Positions 1 to 7,710 of a stretch of DNA of 64,000 nt are shown here, piece after piece. The stretch comes from Candidatus Melainabacteria bacterium 17Bon1m (lineage in GTDB: Bacteria > Cyanobacteriota > Vampirovibrionia > Obscuribacterales > Obscuribacteraceae), in the NCBI GenBank assembly GCA_032128875.1, contig JAVLKG010000003.1, positions 1,035,757-1,099,756 on the forward strand, read 5' to 3'. A program made the position numbers and the translations under genes. Under the pieces are notes generated by a model that was not told the origin of the DNA, searched no databases, and saw nothing but the letters and a program-made list of their open reading frames with translations. Positions within the stretch are counted from its first letter, which is position 1; every line of letters starts with the position of its first letter.

Positions 1-127
1 CAATGCAATCGGGGCACAGAAGAGGTTCGTCAAGCCCTTGCGGTGCGACCATATCCTCAAGCTCGCACCATTCGCCGCAATCACACTTGCAAGGCATTTC
101 CATATGGTCCGGATCTTTACAGCTCAT
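1..127 (-). CDS. Small Cys-rich (zinc-finger-like) phage protein, truncated by the window edge
   Basis: Read by hand, not in the ORF track: GAAGGAAG RBS, then MSCKDPDHMEMPCKCDCGEWCELEDMVAPQGLDEPLLCPDCI..., open to position 1. Confidence 0.7.
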   Translation of the reverse strand, partial: MSCKDPDHMEMPCKCDCGEWCELEDMVAPQGLDEPLLCPDCI

Positions 128-136
128 CGCTTCCTT

Positions 137-388
137 CTATGTTCTATTGCTATCTTGAATCGCCTGCTCTACCCACTTGTCGAGATCGGCTGCAAGCTCT
201 GGGTATTCTTCACGACAGGCATTTGCATACGCTTGCATTCCAGCAACCGCAAACTTGTCGTGCTTTGGGTCAAGTACAAAATACTCGCAGTTTTCATGTT
301 TTCCGGTCGGGTCTTTGAGTCTATGAACCTTTCCGTCAACTGTTATATATTTGTGATAAAGTCCACGCTCTCTGTCTGTGTCGCTCAT
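137..388 (-). CDS. Phage hypothetical protein
   Basis: 83 aa ORF, GGAGG RBS, in operon; GLYxKY...YFVLD...AYAxAC...P.LA.DL pattern resembles small phage proteins. Confidence 0.75.
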   Translation of the reverse strand: MSDTDRERGLYHKYITVDGKVHRLKDPTGKHENCEYFVLDPKHDKFAVAGMQAYANACREEYPELAADLDKWVEQAIQDSNRT

Positions 389-399
389 TGTCTTTCCTC

Positions 400-666
400 C
401 TATACTTCAAAGCTTAGAATTGTTCTTTTGCCTCTGGGCTTCCATCGGTAGCCGCAAACGCAATGCGCTTCACATGTTCCGGCGGGATATAAATCAGAAT
501 TGTGTGCAAAGACAATTAGCTCGCCGCCTTTGACTTCGTAAAGTGATTCCGCAAAAATATGCTCACTTATCGATCCATTGAAGGGTTGCTTTCTACACGA
601 AGGACACCTGAGTCTTACAGGGAACTTCCTGTCTGTTCTGCTGTAGCTGGGTTCCCAATGCATCAC
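400..666 (-). CDS. Phage zinc-ribbon-like hypothetical protein
   Basis: 88 aa; CPSC ... CVCGYRW; GGAGG upstream. Confidence 0.65.
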   Translation of the reverse strand: MMHWEPSYSRTDRKFPVRLRCPSCRKQPFNGSISEHIFAESLYEVKGGELIVFAHNSDLYPAGTCEAHCVCGYRWKPRGKRTILSFEV

Positions 667-688
667 GCTTCACCTCCGATAACGTAGA

Positions 689-1180
689 TTATGTTTTATT
701 GATGCCTTCCAGGGCTTCATTCGCGATGTTGAAGACTTCGCTTGCATACAGCGTTTTCTGCTTCTGACCCTTGCTGATGATTCGTCTGAGCCGGTGTTCG
801 TAATATCGCTGATCTTCTTCTCTCCACTTCTCGCGCTCTTTGACCGCGGCTTGCAGCTCACGCACGGTGTTGACGTTGACCAATTTCCCTCGAATCGAAG
901 TTGAAACTGGCGGATGACCAAGCAATCGCGTGACGATCCGAACGAGACGATCATGGAATTTTAAACAGCGTTCGTCATTGCCACCAAAGTGGCGGTCATA
1001 CCATTTGCTCTCGAAGATCTGAAGCTGTGAATCCCAGATCAGGCATTCGTTATCAGCGCCGTAATACTTGCCCATCGGGTAGCGATAGGCTGATGAGATG
1101 CAGAGCTTATTCGGTCCGTCATGCTCAAAAAAACAATCGTGCCTTAACGGGCCGCTTTCAAATCGATCTTCGTCGCTCAT
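689..1180 (-). CDS. Phage hypothetical protein
   Basis: 163 aa; ATGA overlap with the upstream gene. Confidence 0.7.
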   Translation of the reverse strand: MSDEDRFESGPLRHDCFFEHDGPNKLCISSAYRYPMGKYYGADNECLIWDSQLQIFESKWYDRHFGGNDERCLKFHDRLVRIVTRLLGHPPVSTSIRGKLVNVNTVRELQAAVKEREKWREEDQRYYEHRLRRIISKGQKQKTLYASEVFNIANEALEGINKT

Positions 1181-1443
1181 GCTTTCATCTCCAAAGCTTC
1201 TTCAAAGTTCTTCTGTCTTGCGTCATATGCCTGAATAGCTTTGATGCAGCAAGCGGCAAGTTGAACTAATTCGACTCGATAATTCTCTGAATCTCGATCA
1301 TTGAATGCCTGACAGGCTTCGCCAAATTCTTCACCAATTACGATCAATAGGGTAGATTCGGGGTGAGCATCGTCACCCCATTTCTTGATCTGGCGCTCTC
1401 TTTCTTCGCGAACTTCCTGACAGATTTTGTCAAAGTCATTCAT
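1177..1443 (-). CDS. MazG-like nucleotide pyrophosphohydrolase (all-alpha NTP-PPase)
   Basis: LLIVIGEEFGEACQA...RVELVQLAACC matches the EExGE...ExxQ pattern of phage MazG-like proteins. Confidence 0.7.
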   Translation of the reverse strand: MNDFDKICQEVREERERQIKKWGDDAHPESTLLIVIGEEFGEACQAFNDRDSENYRVELVQLAACCIKAIQAYDARQKNFEEALEMKA

Positions 1444-1679
1444 TATTCTGGCTCCACTACCTTGGCTGAACCGTCTTCCGTATCCAATTCAACGGTCAGA
1501 TATTCGCCATATTCAAACCAGTGACCAACTTTGTTTTTGAATGACGCAATGCGCGCATCTAGCAGGGCTTCGCGCTCATCCTCGTCAAGCCCTTCAATTT
1601 GGGCCAGCGATTCTTCCGCGGCTTCTTTGACTGCATCGTCAAAAGTATCCGGATCCTTCATCGTGACTCTGAATTTCAT
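1443..1679 (-). CDS. Phage hypothetical acidic protein
   Basis: 78 aa; translationally coupled at both ends (ATGA and TAATG). Confidence 0.75.
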   Translation of the reverse strand: MKFRVTMKDPDTFDDAVKEAAEESLAQIEGLDEDEREALLDARIASFKNKVGHWFEYGEYLTVELDTEDGSAKVVEPE

Positions 1680-1984
1680 TCGTTCCGTTCTCCCTTTTGA
1701 TCAAGTGCATCACTGACAGGATCGAATCCTGAAAGAATTCCATTTGGAAACAATTCCTCAAGCTTGGCAATGAAATCTTGATCTTGGCTCTTGATCTCAA
1801 AACACTTGTCGCCAATCTCAACTTCAACTTCAGAATACTTGCCTAAGATGTCGGAATAGTAGGCACTCAAGCCCTGCGCCTCATCCCAATCCTCTTTGGT
1901 GGTGATGAATAGAGCGCTCAAATCACCCATGCGCCCGAAGTCTTCCCAATATTGAATCAATAGTTTCATTCCAAGGAGTGCCAT
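1676..1984 (-). CDS. Phage hypothetical protein
   Basis: 102 aa; GGAGG RBS; abuts the groES stop. Confidence 0.7.
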   Translation of the reverse strand: MALLGMKLLIQYWEDFGRMGDLSALFITTKEDWDEAQGLSAYYSDILGKYSEVEVEIGDKCFEIKSQDQDFIAKLEELFPNGILSGFDPVSDALDQKGERNE

Positions 1985-2278
1985 CTATTCTTCCTCCAAG
2001 GTTGCCATCACTTCTCTTTCTGACAGAATCAAATAATCGATTCCTCTAACTTTGACTTCCATTCCTGAATGTTTCGGGAACAGAACGACTTGATCGACTT
2101 TGATCAAGACAGGTTGGATCGATCCATCTTCCATCCGTCGACCAGGACCGACCGCCAGAACCTTACCCTGCTGCGGCTTCTCTTTCCCTTGATCCGGTAG
2201 AAAAATGCCGCCTGGTGTCATTTCTAGAATGTCGGATTTCTTGATGACGATTCGATCTTGTGTTGGAATTACTTTCAA
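1985..2278 (-). CDS. groES: Co-chaperonin GroES (Cpn10), prophage-encoded
   Basis: PTQDRIVIK...TPGGIFLPD..KEKPQQGKVLAVGPGR...VLFPKHSG.EVK..G..YLILSEREVMA; TTG start with AAAGAGG RBS. Confidence 0.92.
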   Translation of the reverse strand: MKVIPTQDRIVIKKSDILEMTPGGIFLPDQGKEKPQQGKVLAVGPGRRMEDGSIQPVLIKVDQVVLFPKHSGMEVKVRGIDYLILSEREVMATLEEE

Positions 2279-3623
2279 TTTTTACTGCCTCTTTGTTGAG
2301 AAACCGCGTTCTAGCTGCATCGAAACGGAGGACAGCGGTTCCAATCCGACCATTCCGATTTTTGGCGATGATGATTTCCGCATCGCCTTTATTGCTTGTG
2401 TAAGGGTTGTAATAATCATCTCGATATATGAACATCACCACATCGCTATCTTGTTCGATGGATCCGCTTTCGCGAAGATCTGACAGCATTGGCCGTTTGT
2501 TCTGCCGCATTTCAACGGCTCGACTTAATTGGGAAAGTGCCAAGATTGGGACATTCAAAAGCATCGCCAATAACTTCAGCCCGCGAGTTATGGAGCTCAC
2601 TTCCTGCGTTCTATTCGGATCACCTTTCTGATATTGGCTGCTACCTTTCATCAATTGGATGTAATCGACAATCAACATATCCAGCTTGCCAAGCCTGGCT
2701 TTGAGCCGCTTCGCTTTGGAGCTGATATCAGCAACAGTCGCTTCAGTCGCATCGCAGATATATAAATTCGAATGTCCTAATTCGGCAACCACTTCAGTAA
2801 GCAAAGTCCAATCATCATCTTGAAGCGTTCCGCGCGCCAATGCGTCGCCTTCAATTCCGCTATCAGCGCTGATCATTCTTCGGACTAATTTCTTGGCATT
2901 CATCTCGAGACTGAACGCAAGCGCAATAAAATCACTAGCCCCCAAATGCTGTCCAATCTGGAGAGCTAAAGATGTTTTGCCCATCGCCGGTCGCGCGGCT
3001 AGAGTGACAAGATCCCCGGGCTGAAAACCATTCAAAAAATCATCGACCGCCGGGAAGCCACTGGGCAAGCCCGGAAGCTGCTTAGAATCATATTGATTCA
3101 CCAGATCTTCATAGACTCCCGGAACGATTGCTGAAACCGGCCGCGGATCATCAGAAGTGTTGACTGATTCAATTTCTGATAGAACCCTTGCAGCTTCCGC
3201 AAGTAATTCAGGAACATCTTCAGATGAGGATTCCAGCGCCTTACTGGCTGTAATTGTGCAAAACCTGACCAGTGATCGAGCAGTCGCCAACTGAATGATA
3301 CGCTCTGCATAGTATTCCAAGTTTGCAGAAGTACCACAGGACAGCGCCAAATCAGTGATATACAGCCTGCCGCCGACCTTATCCAGAAGCCCCTTATCTT
3401 TCAATCGTTCACTGACAGCAACAAGATCGGCATTAATGCCCTCTTTGTTTAGATCAAGAATCACCGAATAGATTTCTTCATGACCCTTTCTATAGAAATG
3501 GCTCGGTTTCAATTTGTCATTGACGCGATATGTCGAATTGCCATCGACGATCAAACGCCCCAATACTGCCTGTTCAGCCTCTATTGATAGCGGCTGCTGT
3601 GATTCTTCAAGAAGCAAACTCAC
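2163..3623 (-). CDS. dnaB: Replicative DNA helicase DnaB (prophage copy)
   Basis: N-terminal P.SIEAEQAVLG; Walker A ARPAMGKT; IVDYIQLM; LSQLSR; DLRESGSIEQDSD; AKNRNG; no intein. Confidence 0.95.
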   Translation of the reverse strand: MSLLLEESQQPLSIEAEQAVLGRLIVDGNSTYRVNDKLKPSHFYRKGHEEIYSVILDLNKEGINADLVAVSERLKDKGLLDKVGGRLYITDLALSCGTSANLEYYAERIIQLATARSLVRFCTITASKALESSSEDVPELLAEAARVLSEIESVNTSDDPRPVSAIVPGVYEDLVNQYDSKQLPGLPSGFPAVDDFLNGFQPGDLVTLAARPAMGKTSLALQIGQHLGASDFIALAFSLEMNAKKLVRRMISADSGIEGDALARGTLQDDDWTLLTEVVAELGHSNLYICDATEATVADISSKAKRLKARLGKLDMLIVDYIQLMKGSSQYQKGDPNRTQEVSSITRGLKLLAMLLNVPILALSQLSRAVEMRQNKRPMLSDLRESGSIEQDSDVVMFIYRDDYYNPYTSNKGDAEIIIAKNRNGRIGTAVLRFDAARTRFLNKEAVKIESNSNTRSNRHQEIRHSRNDTRRHFSTGSREREAAAG

Positions 3624-4039
3624 TAAGCTGGTTTCCTATGCTTGTTAACTCTTTCGAAATGATCCAAAGTCGAAACAACGACTTCATCTGAACCTAGAAT
3701 GATTGGAAGACCCGAATCTAATTGATCAATCTGCCGGCGGGCTGCCAGCCAAATTCCCTGAGCCTTAAAGACTAAGAGCGGGACTTTCCCTGACTTCATC
3801 GCGTTTTCTGTTGTCTGATTCCACCAGTCAAGCAATGCTTTTGTTGGTCGAAACAGCCAAAGAAGTTTGGCGACTTTTCTATGCTTAACTTCCGGCTCCC
3901 AAGGGAACCAACCTGGACAAATAATGTCTGAACCAGCCAATCCCATTGATCGACGCTCAAACCGGTCTTGCCACCACTCAACCCAACGGCTCACTATGTC
4001 ACGCTCCCCCGCGTTACCTTTCTTGCGACCGTTGACCAT
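3623..4039 (-). CDS. Holliday junction resolvase-like PD-(D/E)XK nuclease (Hjc/T5 D14-like)
   Basis: NGRKKGNAGER...GSDI...EVK...WWxQ...P.LVFK signature. Confidence 0.8.
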   Translation of the reverse strand: MVNGRKKGNAGERDIVSRWVEWWQDRFERRSMGLAGSDIICPGWFPWEPEVKHRKVAKLLWLFRPTKALLDWWNQTTENAMKSGKVPLLVFKAQGIWLAARRQIDQLDSGLPIILGSDEVVVSTLDHFERVNKHRKPA

Positions 4040-4046
4040 TTCCTAC

Positions 4047-4403
4047 CTATTTCCTATTGAACTGATTGTTTGTTGCGTTCCAAAGATTTGCCATCCCCGA
4101 GATGAAGCCAAGCCCGCCGTTGTATGGCTCGACCCGCTTACAAGCTACCTGCAGCTTCTGGTCAAACTTTTCCCAGAGCCATTTGATTCCTGTCTTGTCA
4201 CAGACCCAGCCGCTAGATTTCTTCGTTGTTGTCGCCACCGAAGTGGTTTCATCAGCCGATTTCTTAGCGACGGATTTGATCAAGTTGTATGGCTTGCGGA
4301 CAATCGCGGTCGATTTCCACAAAATTGGATGATCTTTCCAATCAAACGCCTGCGCCGGCGCTGCCACTATCAGCGATACCATGAGAGCCAGAATTAATTT
4401 CAT
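4047..4403 (-). CDS. Secreted hypothetical protein with signal peptide
   Basis: MKLILALMVSLIVAAPAQA is a Sec-type signal; start moved to the ATG at 4403. Confidence 0.7.
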   Translation of the reverse strand: MKLILALMVSLIVAAPAQAFDWKDHPILWKSTAIVRKPYNLIKSVAKKSADETTSVATTTKKSSGWVCDKTGIKWLWEKFDQKLQVACKRVEPYNGGLGFISGMANLWNATNNQFNRK

Positions 4404-4620
4404 GTTCCAATCCCTTGAGAGTAAAAACAGTTCTTTGCTCAACCTGCCCGGGAGCCAGCCCAACACTTGCAAGGTCCATCACTGCCTTATCTTTGGCAAT
4501 TAACGCATCTTGCTTTTCTTTGGATCTAGGATCTGCTTTCTGCCAACGCTCCAAAGCTTGAAGGTAATTGACGATCAACAGATTCTTTGGCTGCCCGAAC
4601 AAGTGATCTAATTCAGACAT
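4342..4620 (-). CDS. Phage hypothetical protein
   Basis: 92 aa; TAATG coupling to the ERF gene. Confidence 0.65.
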   Translation of the reverse strand: MSELDHLFGQPKNLLIVNYLQALERWQKADPRSKEKQDALIAKDKAVMDLASVGLAPGQVEQRTVFTLKGLEHEINSGSHGIADSGSAGAGV

Positions 4621-5378
4621 TAGGCAAGAGTCGAAAAGATATCTAGGAATTCATCATAGATTTCCTGAGTCAATCCAATTGTGGTCGCCTTGTTATTGGC
4701 GTCCTTGCCAAATTCAACTCCATTGAATCGGAGGCATGATTTCAGAACGTAAGCTTCCTTATGTTCAATCTCAAGGAATTTATCCGTTGGATCCATTCCA
4801 GCTTTTGACTGAAGGGGATAAAGGATTTCCTCATGGCCTTCCTTTTTGCACAGTGCTTTCAAATCCTGCAGAAGCTTTTCATATCGCTGCTGATCTTGCG
4901 ATCCGCCCGTTGTTGCTGGCTTTTGCGCTGGCGTTTTATTCTCGGGCTTCTTCGCCGGTGGCGTTTTTGCCTGCTCAATCATCGCGCCGTTTCCGTCGTC
5001 GTCCATTTCTGGAAGGACATTCAACAGAGCGCCAACCGAGTAACGGCGAAGGTAAGTAATCCAGATACCAACCTTCTGAGGATCAGACAAATCAGGAATC
5101 TTGAATTCCGAAACAATCTGTTCATCAGTCGGATGATGGATCAGTGTTGTTTTCAGGACTTGCGTTCCTGCTTCCAGCACTTCACCCAGTCCAAGAATTT
5201 CCAGACCTTCAGCGCTTAGCGCCGGGACTGTTGCGTTCAGAACATCATCGAGCGTCGCATACTCATTGTTATGATAAGTATTCTTCGCTGACTTCTTGAT
5301 CTCTGCAAAATTTTTACGGGCGCGCGCCAGCGCTTGTACCAGCGCGTTACCCGTCGTTTCTGATTCCTTAACTGTCAT
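4620..5378 (-). CDS. ERF-family single-strand DNA annealing recombinase
   Basis: IKKSAKN...YATLDDV...PQKVG..ITYLRRYS..ALL....DDDGN motif of the ERF superfamily. Confidence 0.88.
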   Translation of the reverse strand: MTVKESETTGNALVQALARARKNFAEIKKSAKNTYHNNEYATLDDVLNATVPALSAEGLEILGLGEVLEAGTQVLKTTLIHHPTDEQIVSEFKIPDLSDPQKVGIWITYLRRYSVGALLNVLPEMDDDGNGAMIEQAKTPPAKKPENKTPAQKPATTGGSQDQQRYEKLLQDLKALCKKEGHEEILYPLQSKAGMDPTDKFLEIEHKEAYVLKSCLRFNGVEFGKDANNKATTIGLTQEIYDEFLDIFSTLA

Positions 5379-5405
5379 TCCACCACCACTTAACTAGATT
5401 TGTTC

Positions 5406-5609
5406 TTACGCTGATTGCTGACTTGGATCGTTTACTTCCATTGTCGAAACTGCCAGATGTGCCGCGCCTTGCGATTTCCTGAAGGAATCGGTATAACGTC
5501 GCAAAGCTTCACGTATCAGATCAGATCTGGTTCTGTGCTCATAATCTGCGATGAAATCGACTTCTTCAAGCATTCTGTGCGGCAATGCAATCAATACTTT
5601 CTTCGGCAT
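5406..5609 (-). CDS. Ribbon-helix-helix (CopG-family) regulator
   Basis: KVLIALP..MLEEVD.IA..EHRTRSDLIREALRRY; AGGAG RBS. Confidence 0.85.
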   Translation of the reverse strand: MPKKVLIALPHRMLEEVDFIADYEHRTRSDLIREALRRYTDSFRKSQGAAHLAVSTMEVNDPSQQSA

Positions 5610-5639
5610 ACTCTTGTTTAACTCCTGATTTGATTCGAA

Positions 5640-5831
5640 CTAACTAACTGACTTTCTTCGAGCGAGAACTAATCGCTCTTTTAACCTTCGGTTTAGACTT
5701 CGCTCCTGATCCAGATCTCGCTTTAGCTTTGCAATTTCCAGATTTTGTCGATGAATTTCCTTTGCCAGATCCTCTTCGCTTTGAAGCGCACGTTGAAGCC
5801 ACGGCTCCCAATCGGCGGGTAGTCTTACCAT
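5640..5831 (-). CDS. Short coiled-coil phage protein
   Basis: 63 aa, heptad pattern, GAGAGG RBS. Confidence 0.6.
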   Translation of the reverse strand: MVRLPADWEPWLQRALQSEEDLAKEIHRQNLEIAKLKRDLDQERSLNRRLKERLVLARRKSVS

Positions 5832-6141
5832 TTACTGTTGACCTCTCATGATTCAGATCCATGATCAATTTCGGTTTGCCGAATCCAACGACAATTAGCA
5901 CTCCCGGATCTTTCTGAATGATTGTTGGGGTGCCGAATACAAAGATTTTGGACTTGTGATAGGCAGTGATCTCTGTATTGTCATAGGCGTTCACCGTCGA
6001 CTCATCGAGCGCCGTCACCTTTGCATTATCCTTGGCAAAAACTTTCGTTGTTCCCTTGGCCACAATCGAGCACTTCATTGACACTCGAACAATGCCCTGT
6101 TTAAGACAGCGCTTACGGCCTCTGCAAATTACTCTTTCCAT
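5644..6141 (-). CDS. Phage protein with short beta-solenoid-like repeats
   Basis: 8-residue periodicity VFAKDNAK/VTALDEST/VNAYDNTE/ITAYHKSK; GGAGGGAG RBS; last ~62 codons overlap the next gene. Confidence 0.6.
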   Translation of the reverse strand: MERVICRGRKRCLKQGIVRVSMKCSIVAKGTTKVFAKDNAKVTALDESTVNAYDNTEITAYHKSKIFVFGTPTIIQKDPGVLIVVGFGKPKLIMDLNHERSTVNGKTTRRLGAVASTCASKRRGSGKGNSSTKSGNCKAKARSGSGAKSKPKVKRAISSRSKKVS

Positions 6142-6223
6142 ACCAAACTCCCTCCGCCACCAAATACAGTGGCGAGCATAGCAACTGAAAAATTCGATTT
6201 CGATTCGAGACTTGATTAAATCG

Positions 6224-6862
6224 CTAAGCGACTTCTGTTAATGACTTCAATCGCAATGCAATTGTGTTCTTGTATTCAACCAAGTGATCTATTTCTTGCA
6301 TAATCAAAGATTGAGCTTCCCCATCTTTGCGAATGCCAAACTTGTCGCATAAGCGATCAATAAACTTGCCGCATGAAGCGATAGTCGCTGCCTGTTGTTC
6401 ATTCTTTACAGAAAGAACCTTGTTGTTCTCCAACGATTGCTGAAGTGCTACTTCAAGACCTTGAGCCTTGTTTGTTGCATTCGCGAGCTCTTTCCCCAGC
6501 TTGTCTTCACTGCAAACAATTTCGAGCAGAGCAGATCGGACCAGTTGCTTACAAAGCAATGCTTGCTCTTCTGTTGCCACCAATGGCACATCCGAGACTG
6601 TCGCGACTTCAAATCTCTTTTGCTTTACTGGCGTACCGAGAAAATATGACTCGAGCAGCTCCGCAACTTTCGAAGTCAATCCCTTGTACTTCTTTGTTTT
6701 ACGTTCAAAACGTTCCGCCGCTTCCTTCCATGTCGTGCAGCCAGCAAGCATATTGAAATCAAATATGCGCACAGCACAACACATGATTGGATGCCAATTA
6801 GTCATGTTCGGGTAGCCATTCTTTCTAAGAAAGCCAAGAAAACCATTTCTATCAAATTGCAT
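6224..6862 (-). CDS. Phage hypothetical protein with C-terminal coiled coil
   Basis: 212 aa; GGAG RBS; first gene downstream of the promoter at 7031-7059. Confidence 0.75.
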   Translation of the reverse strand: MQFDRNGFLGFLRKNGYPNMTNWHPIMCCAVRIFDFNMLAGCTTWKEAAERFERKTKKYKGLTSKVAELLESYFLGTPVKQKRFEVATVSDVPLVATEEQALLCKQLVRSALLEIVCSEDKLGKELANATNKAQGLEVALQQSLENNKVLSVKNEQQAATIASCGKFIDRLCDKFGIRKDGEAQSLIMQEIDHLVEYKNTIALRLKSLTEVA

Positions 6863-6878
6863 AGATTCTCCACAGCAA

Positions 6879-6961
6879 AGCCAACCCTGCCAAAAGAACA
6901 GGCATGGATGAATATCGCCGAGGAATAGGCGATCACGCCTGCCCTTCAGACAAGATTGGCT
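6879..6961 (-). ncRNA. Long G-U-rich RNA hairpin in the prophage operon leader (candidate cis-regulatory RNA)
   Basis: Minus strand: AGCCAATCTTGTC/GGCAGGGTTGGCT, GAAGGGCAGGCGTG/CATGCCTGTTCTTT and ATCGCC/GGCGAT pair in nested order with about 7 G-U pairs. Confidence 0.6.
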
Positions 6962-7030
6962 ACATTCGACTTAAGACCCTTGCCACCAGATTCGGTATCA
7001 GCAAAACATTACCGAGTGATAACGCGGACA

Positions 7031-7059
7031 ATCTTACAAGGGGTTGAAAGATGTTTCAA
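7031..7059 (-). promoter_or_regulatory. Sigma70-type promoter with a palindromic operator over the -35
   Basis: TTGAAA-N17-TAAGAT; perfect inverted repeat TTGAAA-N4-TTTCAA at 7044-7059. Confidence 0.6.
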
Positions 7060-7082
7060 TCACTTCACATCAAACTCGATGA

Positions 7083-7379
7083 TTACTTGCCTTTAACATC
7101 TGCTTCGTTCCACAGCTTTTCGAAGTTGCCGACCCGCTTTTCGAGTACTGGGACAGGCTGAAGAACCTGTTGACCTTCGGCATTCTGTACGACCTGCCAC
7201 ATATCCCCTGTATAGGAATCAAGCAAAAAACGATCAGCCCGAGTTAATGGGCTGATCGAAAAATGAAACCGCTCTTTGTTTACGGTTGGTTGATTTTGTC
7301 GGCTATAGAACTGATAGGCGATTAATCCAATAACAACCAACATTGCTATCGATATCAATCTATCTGGATCTAGTTTCAT
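7083..7379 (-). CDS. Small membrane-anchored phage protein
   Basis: N-terminal TM helix, then RFLLDSYTGDMWQV beta motif; 2 nt downstream of the HTH gene. Confidence 0.7.
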   Translation of the reverse strand: MKLDPDRLISIAMLVVIGLIAYQFYSRQNQPTVNKERFHFSISPLTRADRFLLDSYTGDMWQVVQNAEGQQVLQPVPVLEKRVGNFEKLWNEADVKGK

Positions 7380-7381
7380 AG

Positions 7382-7636
7382 CTAAGAAGCCATAACTAAA
7401 TCAGAAAACCCCTCCATGATTTCAACCGCCGACAGCCCAGTTAAAGCGCTGAGCTTCTTCGCGTTCGGAAGTGTCGGCACTCGCCCATCAAAAGCATATG
7501 TATCCAATGTCGAACGAGCGAGGTCGTGACCAGTTTCAAGCGCAAGCTTGGATAGGTCTGTTAACGTTTCGCACTCTGCCAATTCCAGCAGTCGCGTCAT
7601 AAACGGATGCATTTCTTTGGATGATTTGCCTGCCAT
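7382..7636 (-). CDS. XRE/Cro-C1-like helix-turn-helix regulator
   Basis: TLTDLSK....G..LARSTLDTY..DGRVPTLPNAKKLS...GLS; AGAGG RBS. Confidence 0.7.
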   Translation of the reverse strand: MAGKSSKEMHPFMTRLLELAECETLTDLSKLALETGHDLARSTLDTYAFDGRVPTLPNAKKLSALTGLSAVEIMEGFSDLVMAS

Positions 7637-7657
7637 GCCCTACCCTCTTCCTTGAAT

Positions 7658-7700
7658 AGAATATATCCTGTATATTGAGCTGACAACCAGTTGACACTGG
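7658..7700 (-). promoter_or_regulatory. Putative promoter of the HTH gene with an adjacent palindrome
   Basis: TTGTCA(7686-7681)-N17-TATTCT(7663-7658); CCAGT-TGAC-ACTGG palindrome at 7687-7700. Confidence 0.45.
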
Positions 7701-7710
7701 ATTTAAAACC

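Larger units (their letters stand above)
1..7710 (-). mobile_element. Prophage (one end: regulation/replication/recombination module) adjacent to the 3' end of tRNA-Ala; continues past the left window edge
   Basis: About 19 tightly packed, co-oriented ORFs, many with overlapping stop/start codons, including ERF, Hjc-like resolvase, DnaB, MazG-like, HTH and RHH proteins. The cluster begins right after the tRNA 3' end. Confidence 0.88.

Noticed and set aside
2163..3623. Intein or intron in dnaB (also considered for nrdA)
   Set aside because: Lengths and motif spacing are normal; no insertion seen.
1..7710. Alternative genetic code in the prophage
   Set aside because: TAA, TAG and TGA all end genes at coupled junctions, and ORFs are intact in the standard code.
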